Below are positions 1 to 9,323 of a DNA stretch of 64,000 nt, in pieces. The stretch lies in contig JBGUGD010000025.1 in the NCBI GenBank assembly GCA_041697335.1, forward strand, positions 32,001 through 96,000, written 5' to 3'. Each line of letters starts with the position of its first letter. Positions within the stretch are counted from its first letter, which is position 1. The position numbers and the translations under genes are program-made. The notes under the pieces were generated by a model. The model had not been told where the DNA came from. It made no database searches and saw only the letters and a list, made by a program, of their open reading frames with translations. The stretch comes from Vampirovibrionaceae bacterium NZW_1234 (GTDB taxonomy: Bacteria > Cyanobacteriota > Vampirovibrionia > Vampirovibrionales > JAGQHJ01).

Positions 1-282
1 TGATTTGAAGGACGTACTGTAGGCTAAGTAGGAGTAAAGGAAAAGGAAAATGGAATTAGAAAGAAGAAGGGAAAAGGAAATCTGTAAAAAGAAGGGAGGG
101 GGGAAGGATGATGCTGGGTGAGGTGGACATTGTAGGCGATATGTCTGTCTTCTCTGGTTTCTTTTGGATCTCCTGACATTCAATGCCTCTTCGTAATGAA
201 TCCGCTTTGGTTCTCTCTCCCGAGAAGCTCTCTCCAATGTGACTTTGTGGTGTTGGTGTGGGGTGTGTCCCTCACATAATGG

Positions 283-309
283 GTTTCGGCAGCTGGGGTA
301 GAAACTTTA
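283..309 (-). promoter_or_regulatory. sigma-28 (FliA)-type promoter firing leftwards out of the window
   Basis: Minus strand reads TAAAGTTT-N11-GCCGAAAC; consensus is TAAAGTTT-N11-GCCGATAA. Confidence 0.65.
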
Positions 310-471
310 CAGGATATACTTGAAAAAGTCGCATATTTTTTGAGGGTAAATCCAAAAATGCAGTAATGGTAATGGTTTTCAGGGCTATAAAATGTAACAT
401 CCCTGTTACATAAGGATCTTGAGGGGAGTGCGAGATATAACCAAGATATCCGGATAAGCCGTTCTCACGAC

Positions 472-501
472 AAAAGCCACGGCCGTGAGGACGTGGCTTT
501 T
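472..501 (-). terminator. intrinsic terminator after 525..2129
   Basis: AAAAGCCACG...CGTGGCTTTT inverted repeat with A/T tails. Confidence 0.75.
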
Positions 502-524
502 AACGTAAATGAATGAAGGAAAAA

Positions 525-2129
525 CTAGGCTGAAGCTTGAGGCTGGGGCTCAAGAGCCTTTTTAAATGCCGAAATCTCAGTATCATCGGCATTGGTTCCA
601 AAGTTCAGCTCAGCAGCAGGCAGGGCTTTGGCAATCGCTTCCATCGTCGCCACCTTCAGGCGGGTCGGTTGAAGGCCGGGCTCCGGCAGATCCTTCCGGG
701 TGAGCACATGATCGATTGGTTTGCCCTGTTCAAAGTCATCAATGTCGGCTTGTGTGGCCAGCTTCAAGAATTGCTGGATGCGCAGGGCCACTGCATAGTC
801 GACGCAATCCTGAAGATCAGTTGCATTTTTGCCTTTCAGGGCTTGCCCTTTTTCTTCCAGATAGGTTTGAAGTTCCTCGGCCTGTAAAATGCCATCATTT
901 CTGCCGGTTTTATCGGTGGCTTTGGCCACGTTGCCATAGAGTTCCGGAGTGGCCCGCAGGCTAACCCGCTTTGTGGTAGCCGGTAAATCCTGGGGCAGCT
1001 GAATCTGGGCAAACGATTTGGTCGGACCGGGGGCTTCCGATGCTGCGGAATTCAGCGTGACGTCGGAGGAATTAATGGAAAAAACCTGGCTGGCATCGCC
1101 GGAGGTGGGTAAGCCAATCAACACCGGTTCTGTGGGGCCGGTGGCACTGGTGCTTTCAATAATAATGGTATTGCCATTTTGCTGGATTACAGGGGCTTGT
1201 GCGAAAGCGGCAAGAAGGGATTGGCCATCATTATGGAGCGAAGGCGCATCGGTTTGGATCGTGGATGCCGTTCCGCCGCCAATCTGACTGGTAATGTGGA
1301 AGGTGCCATTGGGGCCTGTTACGCTGGGTGCGCCAACGAAGACCACATTGTTGCCGCCTTGCTCCGCAGCCGGTCCCGACGCTCCGGATACTCCGCTATT
1401 GCCATTATTGCCGGCGTCGTCCTTCGGGCCGGTAGTACCTGTGGCTTTACCTTTGCCCTGTTGTTTTTCACAATGCGGTAATTCGTGATTCAGAATCAAA
1501 TCCAGGAATACACTGCCCAATTCGTCGTCATAGGAGCCGTCCTGGGCCAGATTGATAATCAATTCCTCCAAATCGGGTTTCTTAAACTCCTGGCCCGGAT
1601 ACTTCAACACGAAGTTATCGTTCTTTTTCGACTCTTCGTCGATATGAATAATCAATTCCAGGGCCGCAGCGGCGGCTTTTTTCAACGTCGCACTATCGAG
1701 TTTTTTGTCTTTGTCAAACTGTTTCAGCTTTTGCTCCAGCTTGACTTGGGTAAAATCATACTCGTCACCTTCCGGCGAGGTGAACCGATAGCTTCGCTCT
1801 GCTTCAGCGCTGGGCTTGCCCTTGGCCTTCTCTGTGCCTTTGGCGCCTTTGGCATTGGCTTTCTTGTCGTCTTCTCCGCTGCCACCAAACAGGCTCATAA
1901 TCCAACGGAAGGGTGCGGTAATCATGGACCATAATTTTGTCAGAAACGTTTCTTCTTCTTTTTTCTTGCCTTTGCCTTTGGATGCCGGGGTTTCGGTTTC
2001 CGAACCAAAGCGTGGCGCTATGACATCGCGGGCCTGGGCCATCCGGAGACCACCCGGTACGGATGATGCGGTGCGCTTAAAATTTCCGGAAACGATGTTG
2101 GTATTGGCAAAACCAGTTCTCAGGTCCAT
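525..2129 (-). CDS. hypothetical protein; N-terminal part paralogous to 2284..3024
   Basis: 534-aa ORF, AAAGGA RBS; shares MDLRTGF, RFGSE, (A/T)PFRW and LIINLA with its neighbour. Confidence 0.85.
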   Translation of the reverse strand: MDLRTGFANTNIVSGNFKRTASSVPGGLRMAQARDVIAPRFGSETETPASKGKGKKKEEETFLTKLWSMITAPFRWIMSLFGGSGEDDKKANAKGAKGTEKAKGKPSAEAERSYRFTSPEGDEYDFTQVKLEQKLKQFDKDKKLDSATLKKAAAAALELIIHIDEESKKNDNFVLKYPGQEFKKPDLEELIINLAQDGSYDDELGSVFLDLILNHELPHCEKQQGKGKATGTTGPKDDAGNNGNSGVSGASGPAAEQGGNNVVFVGAPSVTGPNGTFHITSQIGGGTASTIQTDAPSLHNDGQSLLAAFAQAPVIQQNGNTIIIESTSATGPTEPVLIGLPTSGDASQVFSINSSDVTLNSAASEAPGPTKSFAQIQLPQDLPATTKRVSLRATPELYGNVAKATDKTGRNDGILQAEELQTYLEEKGQALKGKNATDLQDCVDYAVALRIQQFLKLATQADIDDFEQGKPIDHVLTRKDLPEPGLQPTRLKVATMEAIAKALPAAELNFGTNADDTEISAFKKALEPQPQASA

Positions 2130-2283
2130 GACGTAATCCTTTTCTATCTCTCACGTGTTGGGTCGGTAGTGCTAAAAAATCCCTCAAGATTAAAAGTTGC
2201 TAGGTTTTGGAACAATTGCGAAGAATTTTACGAATCTCCCTTCAGCCAGAGGCTTCTGAGCTTTCGAAAACGAAAAACGCCGA

Positions 2284-3024
2284 CTATTCGTCAGCGCTTT
2301 TCGAGTCATCAACGTCCAGTTCCAGCGATTTCTGGTATGGAATTTCGTCTTTGATGAGGATGTCCAGAAATTCCAGGACTTTCGCCTTATCGCGTTTTGC
2401 CTCAGGTCGTGCCAAATTAATAATGAGCCCATTCAGCAGTTTGGTGGGCTTGGTCTTTTCAGCGCCGAAATTCACCACCTCTTTGCCCTGTTTAAGGGCA
2501 TCACTTGTCCCTTGTATCAGGCCCAGCGCATAATTGGCTGCTTCGGTAAAGACCTTTTTGCCGTTGGCTTCCCGGAATTTCTCTCGCTCGGCCCGATTGC
2601 CGACAGCCTGCATGAAGATTTTCCGGACCTGATCAAAATGAAACACCAGCGAGCGCTTTTTCCGGGTAATATACGTGGCTGGCGGATTTTCTTCTTCAAC
2701 GGTGATGTCCGTTTTCTTGGCTTTTTTGGCGCCTGCAGCCCCCTCGGCTTTTCCGAAGAAGGCGTCTTTTAGCTTGGCAAGCCAACGGAAGGGGGTGGCC
2801 AGGTAGTACAGAAGCGTTGCAAAAAAGCCCCGGGGCTTATCTTCGGCAGGCGTCGCGTCCTTCGATGTCTTTTTGGAGGGGGCGGCCTTGTCGGTTTTTT
2901 TCTCCGAGCCAAAGCGAATGTCACTCACATCTTGGGCATTGGCCGTTCTCAGAACCGGCCCGGCTTTCTGTTGTGGGGCAACACCACCGGAAAATGCAGG
3001 GTTAAATCCAGTTCTCAAATCCAT
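2284..3024 (-). CDS. hypothetical protein, paralog of 525..2129
   Basis: 246-aa ORF, AAGGAAG RBS, shared motifs. Confidence 0.85.
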   Translation of the reverse strand: MDLRTGFNPAFSGGVAPQQKAGPVLRTANAQDVSDIRFGSEKKTDKAAPSKKTSKDATPAEDKPRGFFATLLYYLATPFRWLAKLKDAFFGKAEGAAGAKKAKKTDITVEEENPPATYITRKKRSLVFHFDQVRKIFMQAVGNRAEREKFREANGKKVFTEAANYALGLIQGTSDALKQGKEVVNFGAEKTKPTKLLNGLIINLARPEAKRDKAKVLEFLDILIKDEIPYQKSLELDVDDSKSADE

Positions 3025-3408
3025 AGGTCTTCCTTCGGTTGAGGTCTTTTGGGGGTGAAGTACTTGTAAAACACCCCTGAACCCAATTAATTGATAGTCA
3101 TGTAATGTTTTGTAAAGTTCAATCCATGCCGACGTGGTGATCCAGGGGCATGGCTCTTTATGTTTTCTGCCAGGCCCGGGCCTGTGGGCAACCCAATAGG
3201 CCGCATGCTGTCTTGGCGTCCGAGGATAACAACCTCACCCAAAACGCAATGGGGGTATCAATGCCTGTCAGATAGCGCTTTTATGCCAAATTCTAGCGGC
3301 TCGCGCAATTTTTCAGAGGGTGCTGTTTTCATTGAGCTACCTCGTTATAGGACTTGAGATGCCACTGACCGCACGTCGGGCATGGCCATGAATTAAGGAG
3401 CTTGGTGT

Positions 3409-3879
3409 ATGAGTTTGGATCCGGTACGCTTTGGAAGCCGAATTTTGTATGTCCCCGTGACGGATGGTTCTGGGGGAAAAGAAAAAGGGGGCGGCTCCGC
3501 AGCCGGTATTCCCAGAGCCGTATTGAACGATGTCTTGAGTAGTGCCAGCAACCATAACCGGGTGGCGGTTCAAGCCCAATGGCTCAAACATGCCGGTCAT
3601 GTGCAGGGCCACACTGCTTACATGTCGCCGTCTGCCAAGCCAGAGGGAGCGCCTCATGGCATTCGCCAGGATTATGTTCAACTCACCCTCACCTCCAAGA
3701 ACAAGTTGACAGGAGGCCAGCATCCCCACACCTTGCCCTCCACCCCGGACGAGGAAGCCCTGGAAGAGCATTTGTTAAAACTATTCCGCCGCTTCGGGCT
3801 CAACACGTCACCGGCCCCCAGTACCACCCTGGTGGCTGCAGCCCTGCTCCCCGGGACCAAGGTGAATGTGAAAGCCTAG
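3409..3879 (+). CDS. hypothetical protein (N-terminal VRFGS)
   Basis: AAGGAG RBS; 156-aa ORF. Confidence 0.7.
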   Translation: MSLDPVRFGSRILYVPVTDGSGGKEKGGGSAAGIPRAVLNDVLSSASNHNRVAVQAQWLKHAGHVQGHTAYMSPSAKPEGAPHGIRQDYVQLTLTSKNKLTGGQHPHTLPSTPDEEALEEHLLKLFRRFGLNTSPAPSTTLVAAALLPGTKVNVKA

Positions 3880-3978
3880 ACAAATTCCCGTTTTGTTTTT
3901 CTCCCAACCAAAACAAACCAGACATCGTGTTGCAGGCTCGGCGACACGGTGTTTTGGTTTTTGGGCAAACTGGGTCGT

Positions 3979-5232
3979 CTAGACGTTCACGGTCCCCCTG
4001 TTCCGAGATTGAAACGGGTTGTCCTGACCCGAGGCGGGGTTCTTGGCGATGAAACTTCCCCCGAAACAGGTATCCAGGATCATCAGGGTCCGATTGTCGA
4101 AATTCTTGAAATGCGTGCCAATCAAGTCTTTCAGGCTGTGCTCATGAAGCATCTGATCCTTTGTTTTATCGGTCGGATGCGCCAACTGCAATGTGCCGCG
4201 ATGCATGCCTTCCGGGTCATCCCGATCCACGGCGTTATAGGATTTTGATCGTGAGACGGCATCCGTGGCATTGGGATTCTTCAGAGTCTCGTTCTTGGGA
4301 TCCAGAAACCCATGCCCGGAATAATAAATCATGGCCGCCGGGTTCTGGGCTGCATTGGTCTTGCCGAATTGTTCCATCTTGGCCATGGCCGCTTTCACTT
4401 CATCCGGGTTGGTTGCCACATGGATGTCGCTTTCCTTGAGGCCGTAATCTTTTATAAGTCGTTCTTTCATGGCGGCCAGATCCGTATCGGCGGCTTTATG
4501 CCCACTGCCTTTGATGAGTAAGGCGGTTTTCGGATTCTTATCGCTTTTTTTCCAGCCGTCGATTCCTTGATACTCCGAACTCACGGGCAGGGGTTTACGA
4601 GAGCCACCCTCGCCGCCGACTTTACTGCTGGCCTCGTCCAGACGCTTTTGGGCCGGTGCCGTGATGGCATCGCGTTTTTTCGACCAGTTGTCCCGCAGGT
4701 CCTGTTCCGGTTTGATGTCCAGCGCCTGCATCTCTTTCACCTGGGCAATCTGCCGATCCAGCTCGGCAACATCCTTAAGCCGCTTATCCTTTTCGGCTTC
4801 GGCCCGCCGTTGTTGCAACGATTTCAGCGACGGGGCATATTTTTCGGAGGTTTTGTCAATCTTCCTTTCAGCCTCATGAACCCCGGCATCGGCCTCTTTG
4901 TAGGCAGGTGTCCGCTTTACATTGTTGAGGGCTCTGCTGGCTTCGCGCTCTTGGTGGTTGTTATTCCAGGTTTCCTGCTCAAACCGATCATGGGCTTGTT
5001 GAAAGGAATCGCTCTCATTCAAGCCTTTTAAGAGTTGCTCCGTATAAAACCCGCCTTTATAGGGTGCTTTGGAGTTTAAATACCGGCTGTCGTAAGTTTC
5101 CTGTCCCTGGCGACCTGCGGAAAGAACAGCCATCCGAATGGGATAGGGTTTGTCCGGATCAGTGGTCGCACGCGTGTATCCCGAAGGTGCTTTCGCACGT
5201 TTCACATCTGACATAGCCTTGTCTCTCATCAT
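3979..5232 (-). CDS. caspase-family (C14-like) protease, apparently circularly permuted
   Basis: IYYSGHG and ILDTCFGG His-Cys dyad motifs; coiled-coil middle. Confidence 0.8.
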   Translation of the reverse strand: MMRDKAMSDVKRAKAPSGYTRATTDPDKPYPIRMAVLSAGRQGQETYDSRYLNSKAPYKGGFYTEQLLKGLNESDSFQQAHDRFEQETWNNNHQEREASRALNNVKRTPAYKEADAGVHEAERKIDKTSEKYAPSLKSLQQRRAEAEKDKRLKDVAELDRQIAQVKEMQALDIKPEQDLRDNWSKKRDAITAPAQKRLDEASSKVGGEGGSRKPLPVSSEYQGIDGWKKSDKNPKTALLIKGSGHKAADTDLAAMKERLIKDYGLKESDIHVATNPDEVKAAMAKMEQFGKTNAAQNPAAMIYYSGHGFLDPKNETLKNPNATDAVSRSKSYNAVDRDDPEGMHRGTLQLAHPTDKTKDQMLHEHSLKDLIGTHFKNFDNRTLMILDTCFGGSFIAKNPASGQDNPFQSRNRGTVNV

Positions 5233-5378
5233 TAATAAATGATGTCTATATTAAAACGGGCTTTGAGATAGTGATGCCGAAAGAAATTCTTAGGAATGGG
5301 GCCGGCCCGTGACGGGTACAATGTTGGCTCCCTGCACCTGCCCTCTCGGCCTGTGACAGGTGAATTGGGCTGTTGTCC

Positions 5379-6074
5379 CTAGTATTTCAGCCAAAGCGGA
5401 TCCCATTCCGGACGAGGGGTCCATACCGGACCATTGTACTGGTGAATGTATTGTCCCCCCCAGAAACCGTCGGTATCGGTGCGGGCATTGCGTTGGCTGG
5501 TGACTTGGCCGTTATGATACAGGTGAATCTGGACCCCCTTGCTTCGGCCATTCGCCCGAGCGGCATCCTTGGCCTTGCCGTCGGGATCGAGGACAACGAA
5601 CACCATATTCTTCGGCTTGGTGCCCCCGAACTTGTTGTCGACCCAATAAAACAAGACACCGCCATTGTAGAGCTTAACGCATTTGCCAGGGACCCCATTA
5701 AAGGTGGTTGAGCCATTGCACGAGAGCGTTTTGTATTGCGGCTGGACATCCGCCCCGGCCCGATTATCGATGACCGAGGTGGTATCCGGCCCCAAGGTGT
5801 TCATGTACTTGAGAATATCGTCCATGGTGGTATCGGCCGTGGGCTTGTGATGATTGCAATACTCCTCATAGGTCTGGCTCAGACTGGTGATGAACTCCCG
5901 GTAAACCGCCAGGCTACGGCCGCTCTGGCTGGATTCCATGACCTTGGGGATGGCAAACATGGCAACGATGCCGAGAATTCCAACGGCCATCAGCAGTTCC
6001 GTGAGAGTAAATCCGGGTCGGGAGGTCCTTTTACGGCGAGAAACAGAGCGAGAAAAAGAGAAAAGGGGTGTCAT
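5379..6074 (-). CDS. type IV pilin / type II secretion pseudopilin-like protein
   Basis: Basic leader then G|FTLTELLMAVGILGIVAMFAIP prepilin motif; GGAG RBS before ATG 6074. Confidence 0.9.
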   Translation of the reverse strand: MTPLFSFSRSVSRRKRTSRPGFTLTELLMAVGILGIVAMFAIPKVMESSQSGRSLAVYREFITSLSQTYEEYCNHHKPTADTTMDDILKYMNTLGPDTTSVIDNRAGADVQPQYKTLSCNGSTTFNGVPGKCVKLYNGGVLFYWVDNKFGGTKPKNMVFVVLDPDGKAKDAARANGRSKGVQIHLYHNGQVTSQRNARTDTDGFWGGQYIHQYNGPVWTPRPEWDPLWLKY

Positions 6075-6516
6075 GACCAAAGGTGTCTCCAAGGCGGGTT
6101 TCGTCCTGTCGTCATGCTTTCGGTTGGTGTTTCCGGAATCTTGATAATCTGCGAAGAACCTCCTCCAGATGCCTTGGATGACACCAAGGCAAAAAAAAAC
6201 CGTACCTTTTGGGATACGGCTACTACTTTCATTGGAAAACAAGAAAGGAGGAAGGAAAGAAGAAGAAGATTTGTATAACCACCTTCTTATACTTTAACTA
6301 TTCCCACCCCCAATATCCTCTAAACGGATTGTTTCAATAACGTTACAATCGGATCCGAAATTCCCGTGGGGGCGCATTTTGGTCTGGAGTTACTCCTTGA
6401 ATGTCACCCCGGCCTATGGGATACTTTTGCCGGGATCGGTTTCTGCAAGGCGACCCTGCCCCCGGAAATCCGATTCATCCCTGTTTAGGCTTTAAACACA
6501 TGAAGGAAGGGCGAGA

Positions 6517-7791
6517 ATGGCCGTGGAACAAGCAACAAAGAACGACATTAAAGCGCTGTATTCCGAAAGCATTCGGGATATGGAAACCTATATTATGTTT
6601 CGGATTGCCAAGCGGGTTGCCGAGCTGACCCCGGAATTGACCGCCAAAGGCCGTGCGCCCATCCGACTGAGCATGGGTGCCCCGGTGGTCGATCCGCCAA
6701 AGGTTCTCATCGACTACCTGAAGTCCGCCTTGGACGAACCCGGCATGTCCACCTACTCCACCCCCAAGGGTGAAATGTTCTACCTCAACGCCGTAGCTGA
6801 GCGGATGAAGCGTCGCTTCGGGGTCGAGATCGATCCCAAGACCGAAGCCTGCTCGTTGATTGGTTCTAAAGAAGGTCTGGCCAACATCTTTCGGGCCATC
6901 ATCTCCTACCGCACCAATCCGGCGGAACAGGATGTGGTGATGGTGCCGGATCCCGGCTATGCCTCCTACGTGGACGCCATCAAGATCTGTGGCGGCTACC
7001 CGTACGCCATGCGTCTGGCTCCCGAAAACCAATACAAACCCGACTTTGAAACCTTGTTAGAGGACATGAAAGCCCAGGGCATCACCCCGGATCGCATCAA
7101 GGGCCTCATCCTCAACTACCCCAGCAACCCCATCGGGGCACTGGCCGGCATGGACTATTACCAAAAGGCCGTGGATTTCTGCCGCAAGTACAATATCCTG
7201 CTCATTAACGACATTGCCTACGCCGATGTCTATTTCCCCGGAGAAGAACCGCCCCACAGCATTCTGGAAATCCCGGGAGCCAAGGACATTACCATCGAGT
7301 TTCACAGCTTGAGCAAACCTTATGCCACCACCGGCTGGCGCCTGGGCTTTGCCGTCGGTCACCGCGATGCCATTGACGCCCTGGAACGGGTTAAAGGCAC
7401 CCTGGACAGCGGCTTGTTCAAGGCCATGCAAAAGGCCGGGGCCTTTATGATGAACAGCCCCGAGTGCGAGGTCTTCGTTCATGAGCAAAACCGTCAATAC
7501 CAGCGCAACCAGGAAGAAATGCTGGCCGGGCTGAAAACCCTGGGCTGGCCCGTCGAGGAAATGGCGCCCCCGAAAGCTACGTTCTACCTGTGGATGCCCA
7601 TTCCGCCCCGGTACAAAACCGCCACCGAGTTCTGCAACGAACTGATGGAAAAATCCGGTGTCGTGGCAGTTCCCGGAACCGCCTTCGGGCAATACGGCGA
7701 AGGGTTCTTCCGGATGTCCCTGGTGGACACCCCGGACAACCTCAAGCAGGTCATCAGCCGGATGAAAGAAGACGGGTTCACCTTTAACTAG
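6517..7791 (+). CDS. PLP-dependent class I/II aminotransferase, LL-diaminopimelate aminotransferase-like
   Basis: LIGSKEG, DPGY, NYPSNP, DIAY, EFHSLSKPYATTGWRLG motifs. Confidence 0.9.
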   Translation: MAVEQATKNDIKALYSESIRDMETYIMFRIAKRVAELTPELTAKGRAPIRLSMGAPVVDPPKVLIDYLKSALDEPGMSTYSTPKGEMFYLNAVAERMKRRFGVEIDPKTEACSLIGSKEGLANIFRAIISYRTNPAEQDVVMVPDPGYASYVDAIKICGGYPYAMRLAPENQYKPDFETLLEDMKAQGITPDRIKGLILNYPSNPIGALAGMDYYQKAVDFCRKYNILLINDIAYADVYFPGEEPPHSILEIPGAKDITIEFHSLSKPYATTGWRLGFAVGHRDAIDALERVKGTLDSGLFKAMQKAGAFMMNSPECEVFVHEQNRQYQRNQEEMLAGLKTLGWPVEEMAPPKATFYLWMPIPPRYKTATEFCNELMEKSGVVAVPGTAFGQYGEGFFRMSLVDTPDNLKQVISRMKEDGFTFN

Positions 7792-7811
7792 TCTCGAAAC
7801 CTTTTTAATGA

Positions 7812-7844
7812 CGAACCCCCCTTGGCAGTGTCGAGGGGGGTTCG
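7812..7844. terminator. hairpin between convergent genes
   Basis: CGAACCCCCCT...AGGGGGGTTCG followed by CTTT. Confidence 0.75.
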
Positions 7845-7863
7845 CTTTATAAGAATAATTGCG

Positions 7864-8487
7864 CTACGCCTGCGGGGGATTTCCAAAGAGTTTGTCCAGC
7901 AGGGCCCCAATGGTGGATCCGGCCTTTTGGGCTTGAGCCACTAAATTAACCAGGGTTTGCGGTTTAACGACAATGCCGTCCAGCTTAACGGCTTCCTGGA
8001 TGCCGGAGGTTGCGGAGGCAGGTATTTTGGCGGCGGTCACCCGGCCCAGTTGTTCAGATAAGGCATCAATGTCGGCTTGGGTGGGAAGGCGTAAGACGTC
8101 ATTTCCTTGCAAACTGCCCAGATTGTCGTCATCGATCTTTACAATCCCCAAGGCTCCCAGATACCGGGCGGACTCGTAAAGGTCACTGAATTCCAGCGGC
8201 TTCCGGATCTTCCATTCTTGAGGGCGTAATTCGCTGAAGCTGGGGAGCCGAAAACCAGTTCCCCACCCATTTTCCATCATGCTTTCGGCGAGCCAGATGG
8301 CTGTAATCAGAAGCTTTGCTTTGGTTGTGTTTCGGCTGCCGGATTCCTTTAACAGATACACCGGTTTCAAATCCGGCTGTGTGTCCAGAAGCTCATGAAC
8401 GGGAATCGGTTTTGACGTCGAGCGGGCCGAGCCGAATCGGGCGGGCGCCGGAGGGCTCATTCTCGGGTGGAAGGCAAGTTTCATCAT
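7864..8487 (-). CDS. hypothetical protein with GntR-like winged-HTH segment and N-terminal ARFGS
   Basis: GxRLPSxSEL...LxxLGIV pattern; start re-set to MMKLAF. Confidence 0.6.
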   Translation of the reverse strand: MMKLAFHPRMSPPAPARFGSARSTSKPIPVHELLDTQPDLKPVYLLKESGSRNTTKAKLLITAIWLAESMMENGWGTGFRLPSFSELRPQEWKIRKPLEFSDLYESARYLGALGIVKIDDDNLGSLQGNDVLRLPTQADIDALSEQLGRVTAAKIPASATSGIQEAVKLDGIVVKPQTLVNLVAQAQKAGSTIGALLDKLFGNPPQA

Positions 8488-8572
8488 GGGGTAAGTCCGA
8501 TCCTCATCATCACAATCTAAAGCAGGGGGTCGCGTTGCGACTGTCGTTACGGTATCAAAAAAGGTGGGCCTG

Positions 8573-8603
8573 ATAAATCGCAAGAGTAATAAATCGCAAG
8601 AGT
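8573..8603. repeat. 15-bp tandem direct repeat ATAAATCGCAAGAGT x2
   Basis: Exact copies at 8573-8587 and 8589-8603. Confidence 0.9.
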
Positions 8604-8935
8604 CAACGAGTGTGGAAATGTCCCCCCCAGCTTTGTCAGCAGAAATTGACGGTGATACCCATTTCCTTCGATGGGTAAAACGCCATGAGAGTAGGTAAAA
8701 TTAGCGAAGATCTCCTAAGAAAAAGCTCTAATAGAATAAAATATCTATGTTTATGGCTGAAAATAGTTATAAATAGATGAAAATGTTGCTTTAAACACGT
8801 TTAAGAACGAATAGACATGGGAATAATACCCATAAAGAAGGTCTTTTAAAAAGGTTCCATATGCTTCTCCACTCTCCTCAACCTACATCACTATCAATCC
8901 AGTCCGTCAATATCTGTATTGATTGTATGGATACC

Positions 8936-9162
8936 CACCGTGTGGCCAATTTGGCCACACGGTGCTTTTGGTTGTCGTGTCCGCGGGTGACCGTGGTTCA
9001 AGGATTAGGTAAAACCGAAGATTTATCGGCATGGGACCGTGCGGACAAATTGTCCGCACGGTGGAACCGCCCTCGAATGCTCCCTTCAAGGGCCTTATTG
9101 GATGTGTGTGTGGTGTGAACGTTGCCATCAACGCGCCGTGTGGACACGATGTTCACACGGTG
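8936..9162 (+). repeat. three 29-nt palindromic repeats at 99-bp period
   Basis: Copies 8936-8964, 9035-9063, 9134-9162; centres 8950, 9049, 9148. Confidence 0.9.
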
Positions 9163-9323
9163 ACCACCCCATCGGGGCCAATCTGAATTAGTTAACAAAT
9201 AAATGAATATTTAAACCCAGGCTGATCCCGGCCTCCGGGAGAAGTGTCGCTCGGAAAACAAGCGAAGGAGGATAAACCAGTCATGATAAAGATGAGAAAT
9301 TGGAAAGCATAAGGAAGACCTTG

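Noticed and set aside
3850..4000. Possible shared C-terminal motif (GTKVNVKA, GTVNV; also FNYLA)
   Set aside because: Too few and too loose examples in this window.
6360..6500. Possible lysine riboswitch before the aminotransferase
   Set aside because: Hairpins are possible but I could not identify conserved riboswitch motifs.
8936..9162. Calling the 99-bp palindrome array a CRISPR
   Set aside because: Fully palindromic, divergent repeats, 70-nt spacers, no adjacent cas genes and no relation to the II-C repeat.
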